From Vitrella brassicaformis CCMP3155 (taxonomy: Eukaryota; Protista; Chromerida), in assembly GCA_001179505.1 (NCBI GenBank), contig CDMY01000457.1:1-64000 (forward strand): a stretch of 64,000 nucleotides of DNA, written 5' to 3'. Shown in pieces: positions 35,316 through 47,890 of this stretch. The number at the start of each line of letters is the position of its first letter. Within the stretch, counting starts at the first letter, position 1. The translations under genes were made by a program, and so were the position numbers. Under the pieces are notes generated by a model. That model was not told where the DNA came from. It was given only the letters and a program-made list of their open reading frames with translations, and made no database searches.

Positions 35316-35704
35316 AGAAACAGCGCCGTCCTTTCAGAAGCAGCTGACGATGAATAGTGATGGAGAGGGACACTCCGACGCTTCACGCGGCAGATGTCGG
35401 GCAAATGCTTTGCGCTTGGTTCTCACGCAGTCGTTCTCTGACCAGATCACGACGATACAAGGCGAATTCCCTTCTTTCTTGAGGCAAGCTCAAACCACAA
35501 GCTCGCAAAAAATGTCGACCGCGCGACTTGTTTTTTCGCCTTTTTCTCGAGGGCGAGAGGGAGGCAGTGACGTCGTCGAGGCAACGTTGAGCTCTTTCTG
35601 CTTCGTGGCGAGAGCGAGAAGGAGTTTTCTTGGGGCGGGGCCAGGAGGCCAGGCGCAGAGGCGCCCTTCCGTCCATTACGCGGCGACGTGACTGGGACGT
35701 GACA

Positions 35705-38700
35705 ATGACGGACGGCGAAACTGACACAAGGTAAAGCCAAAAGAGAAATGCAGTCGATGACCCAGACGCGTCACGAGACATCCCGATGCATGAACCGACG
35801 GTCATAGGGGCACCTATAGTAGGGGCACCATTCTTGACGTATGTGTTGTGTGCAGATTGCTGGGTGCGTGCGGTGATCGCATCCACCCGCAGGAGCTGCT
35901 GTTCGACAGCGGGAAGTTTCAGGCGACTCACGAGGGCCATGAGAACATCGACGAATATCAACTCGGCGGCTATCACCCCGTCAAGCCGGGGTGGGTGAAG
36001 CCACCACACACACTCGTTTCTCTTCCTCTGGTTGTATGTCATCCATCGGTCTCTGTTGTGCGTTTGTGTACGTGTGTGTTGTTCCTCCCAGTCAGCTGTA
36101 CAATGATCGCTACAGAACGTGCGCCAAGCTTGGCAACGGCCAATACTCGACAGTGTGGCTCGCACTCGACACCAAGTGCGCTATTATCCGAGCTGCATTG
36201 CTTTTTCTGATATCTCGTCGGCTTCTGGTGCTGTCTCCTGGCAGGTCGAAGCGGACCAAGAACGAGCGCCGTCGATATGTGGCCCTCAAGTTCGCCAGGA
36301 GCCACCGTGACTACGCCATGGCTGCACAGGATGAGGTAGGCTGGCTGACATGAGCAGGTGCACCCATCGCTCCCGTACCTCTGTTTGTCCTCACTGTGTT
36401 GTGTGCAGATAGCGGTGGCTGAGACGGTTCGCCGTGCCCTCTTGAGCAGCAGCAGGCTGGAATATAAGAAGAATCTGGAGGTAGGGTGACGCCACACACG
36501 CGGCGAATGCTGCATGGAACCAACCATCAATCATTCGTGTTTGGTCATTGGTGGATCAATCAGGAGAGTTTCCCCGAGTACGGCCGCACCGAGAGTCACA
36601 AGGTGCTGCTCAACTCAACACACGTCCTTCGCCTCGAGGACCGATTCGTGCATCACGGGCCACACGGCAAGCACCACGTCATCGTATTCGAGGTACGTTG
36701 TTGTGCACAGTGGAGACACAAAGGAAGAGACACACTCCCAAGCGTATGTCTCTTTCATGTGCAGCTGTTGGGCCCGAATCTGCTTGAGTTGATCCGTTTC
36801 TATCAGAAGTGCCCCAAAGTACGATGAAAGGAGAGATGGCTATGTGTACGTCTTCTCAGCACGTTTCGTGGCTTGCTTTGTGTGCAGATGTTCTGTCCGC
36901 TGGAGGTGGTTCGCAATGTCTCGTGTCAGCTCCTCATTGGCCTCCACTTCCTGCACAGCTTCGCATCGTAAGCAAACAGACAGACATGGGACGGGGGTGC
37001 GATTGATCTTGCTGTCTCTGCCTAATTGCAGCATCCTGCACACTGACTTGAAGCCCGAGAACATCCTCGTGTCGACGGCCACCTTCCTCAACGACATCGA
37101 CAAGGTGTTCAGGGACTTCCACCACGACAGCAATGGGGACGACAGCAAAGCCAGTAGCGCCGTCTCGCCCAACATTGACACAGAGGAGGGGCCGAAGGCC
37201 GAGGAGGCGCCCGCAGCCGCTGATGAGCCCCCCAGGGGCTCGGCTGTGGCCAACGGGGTGCCGCAGCTCACGCTGCCGCCACCTGCCACGGCCAGCGCTG
37301 CGCCTGCTGCTCCTGTTGTAGCTCCTGTCGCTGCCCCTGTTCCGTCCCCGACAGACCTCAAGAGCATCTTGGGGGCGCGAGGAATCAAGGTATGCACACA
37401 CTCGATTGCAGAAAAAGACTATGGAGGCAGATGTTGTGTGTTTCGGTTTGCAGGTGCCTGGTGATGTGCCTGAGGAGGCTCTGTCGACTCTTGATGAGTT
37501 CCGCAGCATCGCAAAAGGGCAGAAGAAGGACAAGAAGAAAAGACGTGAGATTGATCAATGCGTCAGCCAGACACACACACATTGCACGCTCTGTTCCCCT
37601 CGGTCTTTCAGTTCGCGAGAAACTCAAGAAGATGGGCGTTGATGATTGCATCCTCGATCTCGACCTGTCCGTCATGCCCGGCACAGCCACCAACGAGGCC
37701 ACGGCTGACAGCCCCGACGCCTCCACGGCTTCGCCCCTCACTGCTCGAGGCTTCAGGCAGCCCCAGCACAAGCACAAGAAGTCCACTCTCTTTCGACAAG
37801 CCGCAGCCGCCCAGAGGACCGCCGGGCGGAAGCAAGCAGACATCGAGGAGAGGGATGAAGCGGAGGAGCAGCAAGAGCAAGAGGGGCACGATGACGAGAG
37901 CAGCCTGGCTGACCACCCTGCTGGCCCAGAGGATGCTCCCGACACCGTTGTCCCACCAGCAGAGGAGTCCGTCACTGCTCAAGAGCCGCCTGACGTCGCC
38001 GATGGAGTGTCGGAGGCCCCGCCTGCTGACGAAGAGGCCAGTCGACACAATGGCGACGTCGAGGCCCCCGAGCAGGCACCAGACAACGAAGCGCTCGCCA
38101 GCAGCCAGGAAGGCGAGCAGGGTGCTGTGTCTCCTGAGGGCGAGGCATCCGCCGTGGCCGTCCCATTCATCGCCCCTGACCAGCCAGAAGGCTCGGCCGA
38201 CCGGCCCAGTGGCGCTGAGGCGGATGCCGGTGGCGGTGAGGTGACAGCGACCGAGCAGATGGCCGATGACGTTGCCAGCCAGACGGTCGAGGGCACTCAG
38301 GCGGACGAGGACGAGGCATCGCCAGGCAAGAGCAAGAGGAAGAAGAGGGGCCGCAGGGGAGGGGCCAAGAACAAGCGAAAGAACCAGGAAGGAGAAGAAA
38401 ACGAGGGAGGCACGGACAGCCCGCCGGCCAGCGAGGCGCCACAGGACAGCGTTGCTGCTCTCGAACTGGAGCCGCCCATCAGCGGCCCCGGCGAGACGGC
38501 AGTGCTGGTGGAGATCGAAGGCCCCGAACCCGCCTCGGCCGCGCCCCAGACCAAGAAGAAGGACAAGATGAGAGGCAAGGCTGCAGCCGCAGACAAGAGT
38601 GAAAACAAAGAGCCCGAGCAGGAGCAGGGAGATCAGGAGGAGAGAGAGGTGGACAACGACGATGCGGGTGAGGCAGACTCTGTGGACATGGTGGTGGCTG

Positions 38701-41700
38701 AGCTGGACCGCGAGGCCGCCGAGGCACGCGAGGGCGGCAAGAGGAAGGGCAAGTCGCGGAAGAAAGGCAGAGGCAAGGAGGGCCGCAGGGGCGGCAATGA
38801 TGGGGTATCGCATGGGGGGAACGGCAACGGTGGGGATGCTGCGTGTGTGGACTTTGACGAGTCGGAGTTGCCAAGGGGCAAGGTGGACGTGCCGTACGTC
38901 AAGAAGGAGCTCAAGCCCTCACGCAGTGACCCCTCGCTGCTGACCACATATGAGGAGGAATGGGAGCAATCATACGTCAAGTAGGGCAACACCACACACG
39001 AATGAATGTATCACATGGCCTTCGTTGTACGCTTCAGGCCTCCATATCAGCACTTCCAGCAGATATATGACTGGGCCATCAAGGTAGCCCAGGCTCGCGC
39101 CCGCAGTGACGCCAAGAACCTCCTGTACTACCCCATCTTGCCACCCGAGGTCAACCACCCCGTGTACTTTGCCCCGGAGTACCTCCACAGCAGCAAGCGC
39201 GCGACGGCGGGGTGTGAGGTGCCGTGCTTCTACCCCACGCCGTATGAGGTCCGCTATCTGCCCAGCACGGTCCGACATGACGTGACGAAGAAGAGCCTTG
39301 CTGACTACAGCAAGTGGTGAGATTGCATGACGGGCACGGCAGACGAAATCTCGTATTGAGAAGCGTGCTTACTGGTTGTGTGGTGGCAGTGTTGCTGACT
39401 GTCACATCTTTCATGACGACACTGCTGAGTTCAAGATTGCTGACCTGGGTGGGTCAGGCACGGGAGAGAAAGAGCAGCACGCATTTGTGCTGCGTCCTCT
39501 GTGTGTCTTCTTTGTGCAGGTAACTGCATGTTGGATTTGGGTATGGAGAGGGAGGTCATTCAGACCCGGCAATACAGAGCACCGGAGGTACGGACAGACG
39601 CAACAGCCCCCTCGCTCATGTCTCTGTTCATGTCTGCATGTGTGTCATGTGTGGATCTGTGGATGCAGGCTGTGTTGCAGATCCAGCCGTATTCCTTCAC
39701 CACGGACATCTGGTCACTGGCCTGTGTCATTTATGAGCTCGTCACTGGTGAGCGGGTGGGTGGGTCGGTAGCACGCACAGCAGGAGGATGCGGGTGCTGC
39801 TGTGTTGTGCAGGTGAGTTTCTGTTTGAGATGCTGGAGTCTGAGGATCCTGAGAATGACGACCTCACGCACATAGCACTGGTATTCCTCGCCCATGAGGC
39901 CTCTACTCATTATCGTCGTGGGTCCACATTGTGTCCCTTCCTTCCATCAATGTTAGTTTATCGAGACGTTGGGTCCGCTCCCGGAGGACATATACCAAAA
40001 AAGCGAGAAATATCAAGCAAGCTTCCTTCCGTCTCCCGCAACAGCCCTTAATTCATCCTCTCGCGTGTCTGTGCGTGTGTGTGTGCAGCGTTTCTATCCA
40101 TTTCTGTCCGACAAGAAGAAGAACCCTGACAGAAGCATCTCACGCAGACTCAGGGAAATGTGAGCATTGCTCCAAATGAAGAGGACGCGCAGACACATCT
40201 GCCTTGCCCATTTGCTCATTTCTGCGTGTTCAGTCGTAAGGATTTGGGTGAGTTCGAGCGTCAGTTGCTGGTGCAGTTCCTGGAGCCCATGCTGGAGTAC
40301 GACCCCGCCAAGCGACACACGGCCGACAAACTGCTCGCAAACGACTTCTTCACACGCAGACTGCGCATCGACAGCATGGTCCCATACTCAGAAAAAGTCG
40401 AAGAGGTAGGAAAACATACCCACACACACACACACACACACGCACTTCATTCATATCCCGGTTCGGGTCTCTGTCTGCACAGACGTGGAGCTACTGTCGG
40501 AGGTACGTCCAGCAGCACTCGTCCCCATCTGACGCCCAGGAGCATGCCGAGCACGAGAGAGAGGCCCTCGTGGCCGCCGAGATGACCGCGTCTCTTCATG
40601 ACCACCAGCACGCATCTCACTCGGCCAACGGACACCTCCAGCACGCACTCGGCCCCCGGGGCCCCTTCTATAGCTATCACGGCTACGAGACGGAGGGCAC
40701 GCAGGCGATGGCCTTCTTCGACCACAGTGATCCCCGCGCCCGCATCTACCAGACGGAGCAGGTGGACCACGCACGTGCGTGGCGTATGCGGGAGGTGTCG
40801 GAGCTGGAGGTGTCCTATGACCAGATCCGCTACATGGGGCGACCTGACCTGCTCGCACGCGACCACCTGGATCCTGCGATGCATCTGGGGGACCCCAGCC
40901 TGTATCAGCATTACCAGCAGGCGAACAACCCCCTGCTGCAGGACTACGCCTACCAGCAGGCCAACTTCCACCACGTCAACATGCTCCAAGACATCGCACA
41001 GGCACAGAAGACCGATGAGGCGCGCTACCGGTCGTCAGCCAGCGAGGCAATGGCGCGCAGGGCGCTCTTCGATCAGCACCGGCAGCAGATCATGGACAAG
41101 GTCGCCAAAGAGGACCTGCGGCGCTTCAGCGAGAAGCGACGGCAGCACGCCCAGAGGGACGAGGAGCAACTCGAAGCACTCGACGAAGATGAGGATGACG
41201 AGGACGCCGAGGCATCCAAGGCCAAGGACAGGCGAATTCTCTCGCGCACCAAGCAGACGCACCTCTCGCGTGTCGATCTGCCCGCTCACGCGACCACCGG
41301 CCGTGCCCACCACTTCCAGAGGCGATTCCAGAAGCGTCCACGTGACGACGACTCGGACGAGTGCGAGGATGTCGATGACGACGACCAGGAGGACGAGAGG
41401 GCGACCGCGGCCGCTCTCGTGTCGGAGGCAGCCGTGTCCCAGGCCATCTTGGGAATCGGAGCACAAGATGAGCTGGACAGCGACGAGCCGACCGCCCCCG
41501 CTAAGTCGACATTCACAGCACACGACGCAGGCAGGGGGCGCGCAACGAAGGCCAGGCCACACAGAACCGAGGTAAGAAGAGAGAAGAGGACAGTAAGGAC
41601 TGCCAGCATACTTGTCTCCCTGTCGGTGTGTGTCTCACCTCCAAACAGCTAACAGTGAGTGCAGTGGAGACCGACCTGTCGCCCGGCACGCAGCCCCCCA

Positions 41701-43425
41701 CCCAGCAGAGCGCTCAGCAGCCCCAGTCCATGATGGAGATTCACGCACGGGTGCAGTCGTTGCAGCATCAGGTGGACCATCTCTCCTCTCAAGTCGACAG
41801 GGAGAAGAGCAAAGAGGGCAGCCTCCGGACAAAGGAGCATCTGCTGCGAATCGAGAGGGAGAAGCGGGCGGACGACAAGCAGGGTGGCACCCGCAGCGGC
41901 CGCACCAAGCAGCAGCTCATCCACCAGCAGATGGCCACCGCCCCAACTGAGCAGCCCTCTGCAGGCCTGTCTGCCCAGCACACTGAGAGAGAGGACACAC
42001 CAGAGACACTCAAGCAAAATTTCCGTGCGTTTGCGGCGGGCCTGTCGCGCAAGATGGGCCCCAGTCAGCGCGATACGGCGGCAGCAGCAGCAGCCGCGGC
42101 CTCGGGTGTGGGCAAGACAGTGCAGCGTGACGTGAGGGCCGATGTGGAGAATATGAGCCGTCAGTCGTCTGGCAACAGCAACCCTTTCCAGCTGGAGGAG
42201 TCATTCTCTCGGGAGACGGGCCTCAGCCTCAGGGGCTCGGACAGGGAGAGGCTCATGGCCACACAGGTACACGCAAGGCCTGCATTGAGATAACACTTCT
42301 GCCAGCGTCCTGTGCACACATCCACCACTACTTGTCTGTATGTAAAGGCTCGCCTTCCCTGCTTCAGTGGAGCCAAAGTGAGCATTGCGACCACACGCCG
42401 TAATGCAGCCGGACCGCACCCACAGCCCGATCCGTCGCCCGCCTCTGCAGAAGCCGGGACCGACAACGGCCCCTCCTTCAATGAGGATGTCGACAAGGCG
42501 TCCGACCCTCCCCTCGAGCGTCCTATCCCCTGTGTGCCGTCTCCCGAGAGCATCGCCACTGATGGTGATGGAGACGACAGCGCGGCCGAGTCGAGCCAGC
42601 CGCCTGTTATCGAGAGGGAGGGCGATGCAGAGGGGGACGTCGACGGGGACGAGACGGCACTGTATCACGATGCTGAGGGCGGTGAGGGGCAGCAGGGGGA
42701 GGATGAGGGTGTCGCGGAGGCTGCTGACGTGGAGGCTGCACCGTGTGAGGATCTGCCGGAGGATTGCGAGCAGAAAGAGGACAGTGGGGCTGAATGCGAG
42801 GAGGGGGGTTCTCGTGCTCATGAGAGGGCAGGTGGAGAGCAAGAGGAGGGTGACAATGAGGCGGAGGAGGGCATTGCTGACCCCGACGTTGCCGAAGCTT
42901 TGTCCGAATTCGACTCCGGTATGCATGTATACGACCGCACATGGATGGATGGATGGATTCATTGGGTTTGCAGATTCTGATGACGACGATGACCTGCCTG
43001 TCCAAGATGCCCGAGATCTGCGTACTTTTGGTCCGTAAAGACATAGAAGGGATTTGCGTGCGTACAGGTCTCTTGTCTGTCTGTCTCCTTAGCTGGATTC
43101 GTCTCTCAGGGAGCCATGAGCTTCCTCCCTCCACAAAGGTGGGTGAGCGGGAAGGCCATCAACCGATCGAGGCACGCCACTCATTGCCTCTCTCTCTGTC
43201 TCTCTGACCTGTGTCTGCAGCGTGAGTGAATGGGCAGAGGTTGCCCCGGCTGTCTCGGACTCCGCCTGCCCCGCCGGTGATCACGCCATCGTGCATCGCG
43301 GCAGCCCCACCCTTTTCCAGCACACACACTCAACAGAGCTGCCCTCATCCACGTCAGGCAACGGCGAGGATGCGCCCTCGACCACCACCACAACCAAGCG
43401 GGACGAAAGGCAGAAGGAGAGCTGA
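35705..43425 (+). CDS. SRPK: SRPK-family (CMGC) protein kinase with very large spacer insert and long C-terminal extension
   Basis: EYQLGGYHPV, KLGNGQYSTVWLALD, VALK, HHVIVFELLGPNLL, ILHTDLKPENILV, KIADLGN, IQTRQYRAPE, DIWSLACVIYELVTGEFLF, DDLTHIAL, FLEPMLEYDPAKR. In-frame splice joins traced to the stop at 43425. Confidence 0.88.
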
Positions 43426-43914
43426 GTGAGACACATGCTGCACATGTGATGGGTGCAATTGGGCGGCGCTATCATGTGTGCCTGTCTGCAGCATCGGGTG
43501 CCTGGGTGTAGTCGCTGAATTGCTTCTTTGTGGGTGCGGCACAGACAATGGGTGGATTGCAAGGTGGGTATTTGTTTGTTCGTGTGAGACTGCATCAGAG
43601 ATACCGTGTGTGCGTGTGGGGGGGCGGCGCATCCATGTTGATACGTGCGGAACGCATGAGGGATACACAGAGACATCGGCTCGGCGACTGACTGATAATT
43701 GGCAATATCGACCGACCGAACGATTTTATGGTCTCTCCGCTCATCATTCCTCGGCAAGCACCGCGTCGCCTTCCGACGGGAGTTGAAAGCACAGTTGAAT
43801 GTGCTTTCGACAAACGTCGGCAGATGACTGAGCACTTGCAAAAGAGAATCAGAGTGATCTATCCTACACGTACTTAACACGTACACACACAGCATCCCTG
43901 CCACTATCAACCTA

Positions 43915-45605
43915 TCACACCTCACCACCCCTCCCCGGCCTCTGCCTCCCCTCAGCCACATCTGCTATGAACACACACACTCTTCTCAGCGCCTCCCTCG
44001 CCTCGGGGACAACAGATGCCCACATCTCCATAGAGTGCCAGCCCCTCCGGTTCTCATGAAGCGTTGAAACAGCCGGGCCGCTCGCCGAGTAGGACAGTCT
44101 GCGGTGCAGCTGCCGCTGCCGTCTTCGCCAGATATCCAGGAACGAATGGGCGTCGCTCCTCGACCAGTCGTCCTCACCCACAGACACATACAGGGGGGTG
44201 GAATACGTGTTGGGTGGCAGTGCTGTGGCCCGCCAGAGGGTGGGGCTTGCGTCGACAACACTCATGCCAGACGAGGGGAGCAGCCAGGAGTCGGTGGCGT
44301 TGCCCTTCAGCACCCTCTCCACATCCACGTATGCACCGTCCCGCAGTGAGTGGCCGTGGCACGTGCAGTCCATGCACTCGTGATAGGAATCACCTGGGTC
44401 AGATCACAAATGCACATAAGAGTATAATGTGATGTGTGTGTGTGTGTGTGTGATTGTCTTGCCTGAACATGAGAGGTCCAGCCACGGGGAAACGAGCGCG
44501 ATGCCGCTGGGATGACATCCGTCGCCGTGACGAAGTAACTGCAACGCGAGGTTGCCACCTGAGCCATTGCCGACGAGAATGATGGCCTTGCCGTCGCCGC
44601 CCACGAGGTCGATTAGTTCTCTGTGTGCCTCGACCACGGCATCAACCATCTCCTGGAAAGTGGCATTGTATGCCAGCGGGTAAGAAGGCGAGAACACTGA
44701 CAGCCGCTGGATGCCACACCTACCACACACCCGAACGCACATATGAGTGCGAATGGCTACTTTGTCATTGTCCCTCACCATCTTCGTTTCCGTCGTCTCC
44801 TCAGCTCCCTGTGCGTCCCTCTCGCCAACTCCAAGACAAAGCTCTCCTCCCTCCGACTGTGCCGGACATCGCCACTCAGGAACTCACCGCCATGCAGATA
44901 CAGCAGCACCATCGCATCATCCCCACACTCGCCCGCAGGGCTCTCCCCCTCCCCCTGTGTGTCATTGGCGCCGTTGCTGCTCTCCAGTGCGCCAATGGCC
45001 GCCTTGCCCTGTCTCCTCCGTTTTCTCCTACGCCCATATCGTCTTGGCAAGGGCAGTGACATCGGCAGGTCGTCGACAGAGAAGAACCACCAGTCGCCAG
45101 GTGACTTCATGGCTGTGTCTGCGGCATCGATGCGCCGAATGCCGCCGTAGCAGGGCCGCGGATGCAGGCAGAAGTCGCTCAGCTTGTCGTTGCTCTCGGC
45201 CTCCTGCACCGCTGCGCTGATGTCTATCGCAGATGAGTTTTCGCATCGCTCCAGGAAGTCGTCCCTAACGACAAATAGACGTCTTCGCGCCAGCCTGAGC
45301 TGTCGGGAGAGCAGTTTCCCATCCTCTTTGCGCGTGAGATCCGCATCCAGGTAGTCCGCTCCCTTGTCGCCGACCAACAAACTGCACACAACACATAGAA
45401 GGACTCAGCAAAGCGATGAGTGAATGGATGAATATATGCCTCCGATGGGTGCAGCTATGTGTCCATGCCTGATGTAGAAGAGGAAGGATGCCAGCTTCCT
45501 GAGAGTGAGGTCTGCCTTCTTCTTTGCCACTTTTGTCCACATCAGCATGAGTAAAGCAGCCAAGGACGGTGCGCCGAGCTTCTGTGCAACAACAGAAACC
45601 TGCAT
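43915..45605 (-). CDS. Alpha/beta hydrolase fold-3 (GDXG/HSL-like) protein with N-terminal hydrophobic anchor and altered nucleophile elbow
   Basis: LLYLHGGEF, SPSYPLA, IILVGNGSGGNLAL, IALVSPWLDL, LYVSVGEDD and GWHS occur in the order expected for the family. Confidence 0.8.
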
Positions 45606-45728
45606 TTCTCAAAGATCTTTCTCCCTCTTTCAGCTGAAGAGCGGTTTGACGGAACATTTGCGAGCTTGAAAGCTCTGCGAGGAGTTTTCCGTCCTTCTCG
45701 GCTTTTTCGTCGCCGTCAATCGGTCATC

Positions 45729-47166
45729 ATGGATCAGCTGGCTGTTGTGCGTGAGCTGCATCGCAAGCGGTACGAACTGCGGATGCAGAGCTCACAGGAC
45801 GCCATCGACGACAGTTCCGACGTACCTGACGACTCCCCGCCGCGTTCCAAGACCGCATTCGACGCAACAACGCCACTGGTGGACGAGCGGACGGAATCCG
45901 GCGGCAAGTCGAAGGGAATAGATGTGGATGAGCACAACGTGGCTGGTGGAGAGCAAGCAGGGCAGGAGAATGTCCCTGCTGTTCCTGCTGGTGTCGGCGA
46001 TTCGTATGACACTGGTGACCTGAGGCGAGCCGATGAGGTCTACCAGGAGCGGCTCATCGACAGTGGCTCCTACGATAGACATCACAAGTGGGTGGGTGAG
46101 GGCGACAAAACAATCTTGGCATCCGTGTGGTTCTTATTGCACGGTCTTTTGTTCCCTCCGTCGTCTTATCCTTGCAGGCAGGATGTCACGGTGATGGTCG
46201 ACGGCAGATGGGAGCTGCGCTTCGCTCCCCGCTGCCGGCTCCATCACCTGCTGGAGGCCATCATCACCCGCGCACAGCAAGAGGACTTCCCCTACCCCTA
46301 CTCGCTGCTGCTGCACCACCTGGATCGCTTCACCCGCTCCCATCGCGAGCACGAGGGCGAGCCGCTGTCGCTGAGTGTGTGCGTCAAGACGAAAAGCAAG
46401 ACGGAGGTGCTGCTCAACGACTACAACACGATGGGGGCACTGCCGACCATCAGAGGGGTGGTGCACATCGTGTGCCGGCCAGCTGAGGGAGTAGAGGAGA
46501 CTGGAGGGGCTGTAGATGCAGGTGCGGTGCTGTAGATCAGACAAGACAAGCACTCAATGAGTGTGTGCATGGCCATGTCCTTCATCTGTGTGGCTGTGTG
46601 TATCAGGCAAGGCCAAGCAGATGACGCCCAAGCCTGCCGAGCGACACATCATGGCCCAGACCGCGGAGGACAGTGCAGCAGCAGCTGCTGCTGCTGTTCC
46701 TCTTGCCAAGCAGCCTGTTGATGTTGCCAAGGTGGGAGGTGCTGCCAGCGGCCCCGCTGCTGCCATCCCTCTCAAGGGCGCTCCGCTGCCTGTGCGCGAG
46801 ACCGCCGAGCCTCAACACATCATGCATAAGAGTGAGCACATTCATTCACGCATACATGGGTGGGTGTGGGAGCGCATCGTTCACCTGTGCGGTCCTCCTC
46901 CTTGTTGTGGCTGTTCAGGCCCGTCGCCCCCTTCGTTGTCGCCTCCCCAGCCCCCCCACCAGCGCCCCTTCCGCCCCGCCATGCCCCTGTACGCACCAGC
47001 ACCGGCCATGATGCCCGGCGTGGGCCACTATCCTCCTGCTGCGGCGGCGGCCCGCCCGCCTGCAGCCAGTGGGTTTGTCTACGCGCCTGCGCCGTACCCC
47101 ATGCGGCCGCCCTATGGCTACCCGCATCACCAGCACCACTACCAGCACGGACATTGGCGGGGGTAG
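45729..47166 (+). CDS. Unknown protein: acidic N-terminus, possible beta-grasp/ubiquitin-like middle, Pro/Ala/His-rich C-terminus; ~4 exons
   Basis: ATG 45729. In-frame joins DA|GKAKQMTP and HK S|PSPP. Middle region VTVMVDGRWELRF..CRLHHLLEAI...VLLNDYNTMGALPTIRGVVHIV has a UBL-like pattern (weak). Confidence 0.55.
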
Positions 47167-47890
47167 AGAGGGGGACGATAAGGGGCGCTGGGTGGGGGGG
47201 TGGGTGGACTACTCGACTGGTCGACTGGTTGAGAGATTGATTTGACAGCTTCTGATGTAGGTGGGGGGCAGATGGAGCAGTGGATGGCATGAAGGTGTGT
47301 GTGGACGGTTTTCTTCTGTGTGAAGACGTGGTGGTCGTCAATGTTCATGTGGACTCGATGGATGAATGCTATGGATGAATGACGATGGAAGAGGAACAAT
47401 CTGTTTGCCAATTCGACGAGAGAGAGCTACACGATCGTTTCGGTCTCATGCAGCTAGGTACAAGTACACGCCAGCCAGTCAGACAGAAGTGCCCTCAGAC
47501 TTCTGTGTGCATCAACACACACCGATCCCGCCCTCCCTCAGATGCTGGTAAAGAAAGCGCCCGACAGCCACGACGCACAGACAGACAGAAAGAGAGGCAG
47601 GCAGGCAGGGAGAGAGAGAGAGAGAGAGAGGAGGGAGCACTATGAATATGAATGAGTATGTATGTACACATGGATACATCAACCATACATCCGGCAGCTG
47701 GTCGGTATACAGAAAGCGCACACATGCTTCGAAACACATGCAATGGAATGCGATGATGGGCAGAAAGCCATAAAGGCTGCCAACGGATGACACGATGCCC
47801 ACACACGACAGCAATGCTCTTAAACCCACCAAGTATTCCGTCACACCACATCCCCAACATCGATCGACCCACAGTTGATGGATCGGTCGG

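Noticed and set aside
37608-38813. 401-aa hydrophobic-looking minus-strand ORF
   Set aside because: Mirror of the charged SRPK spacer exon; apparent TM segments are an antisense artefact.
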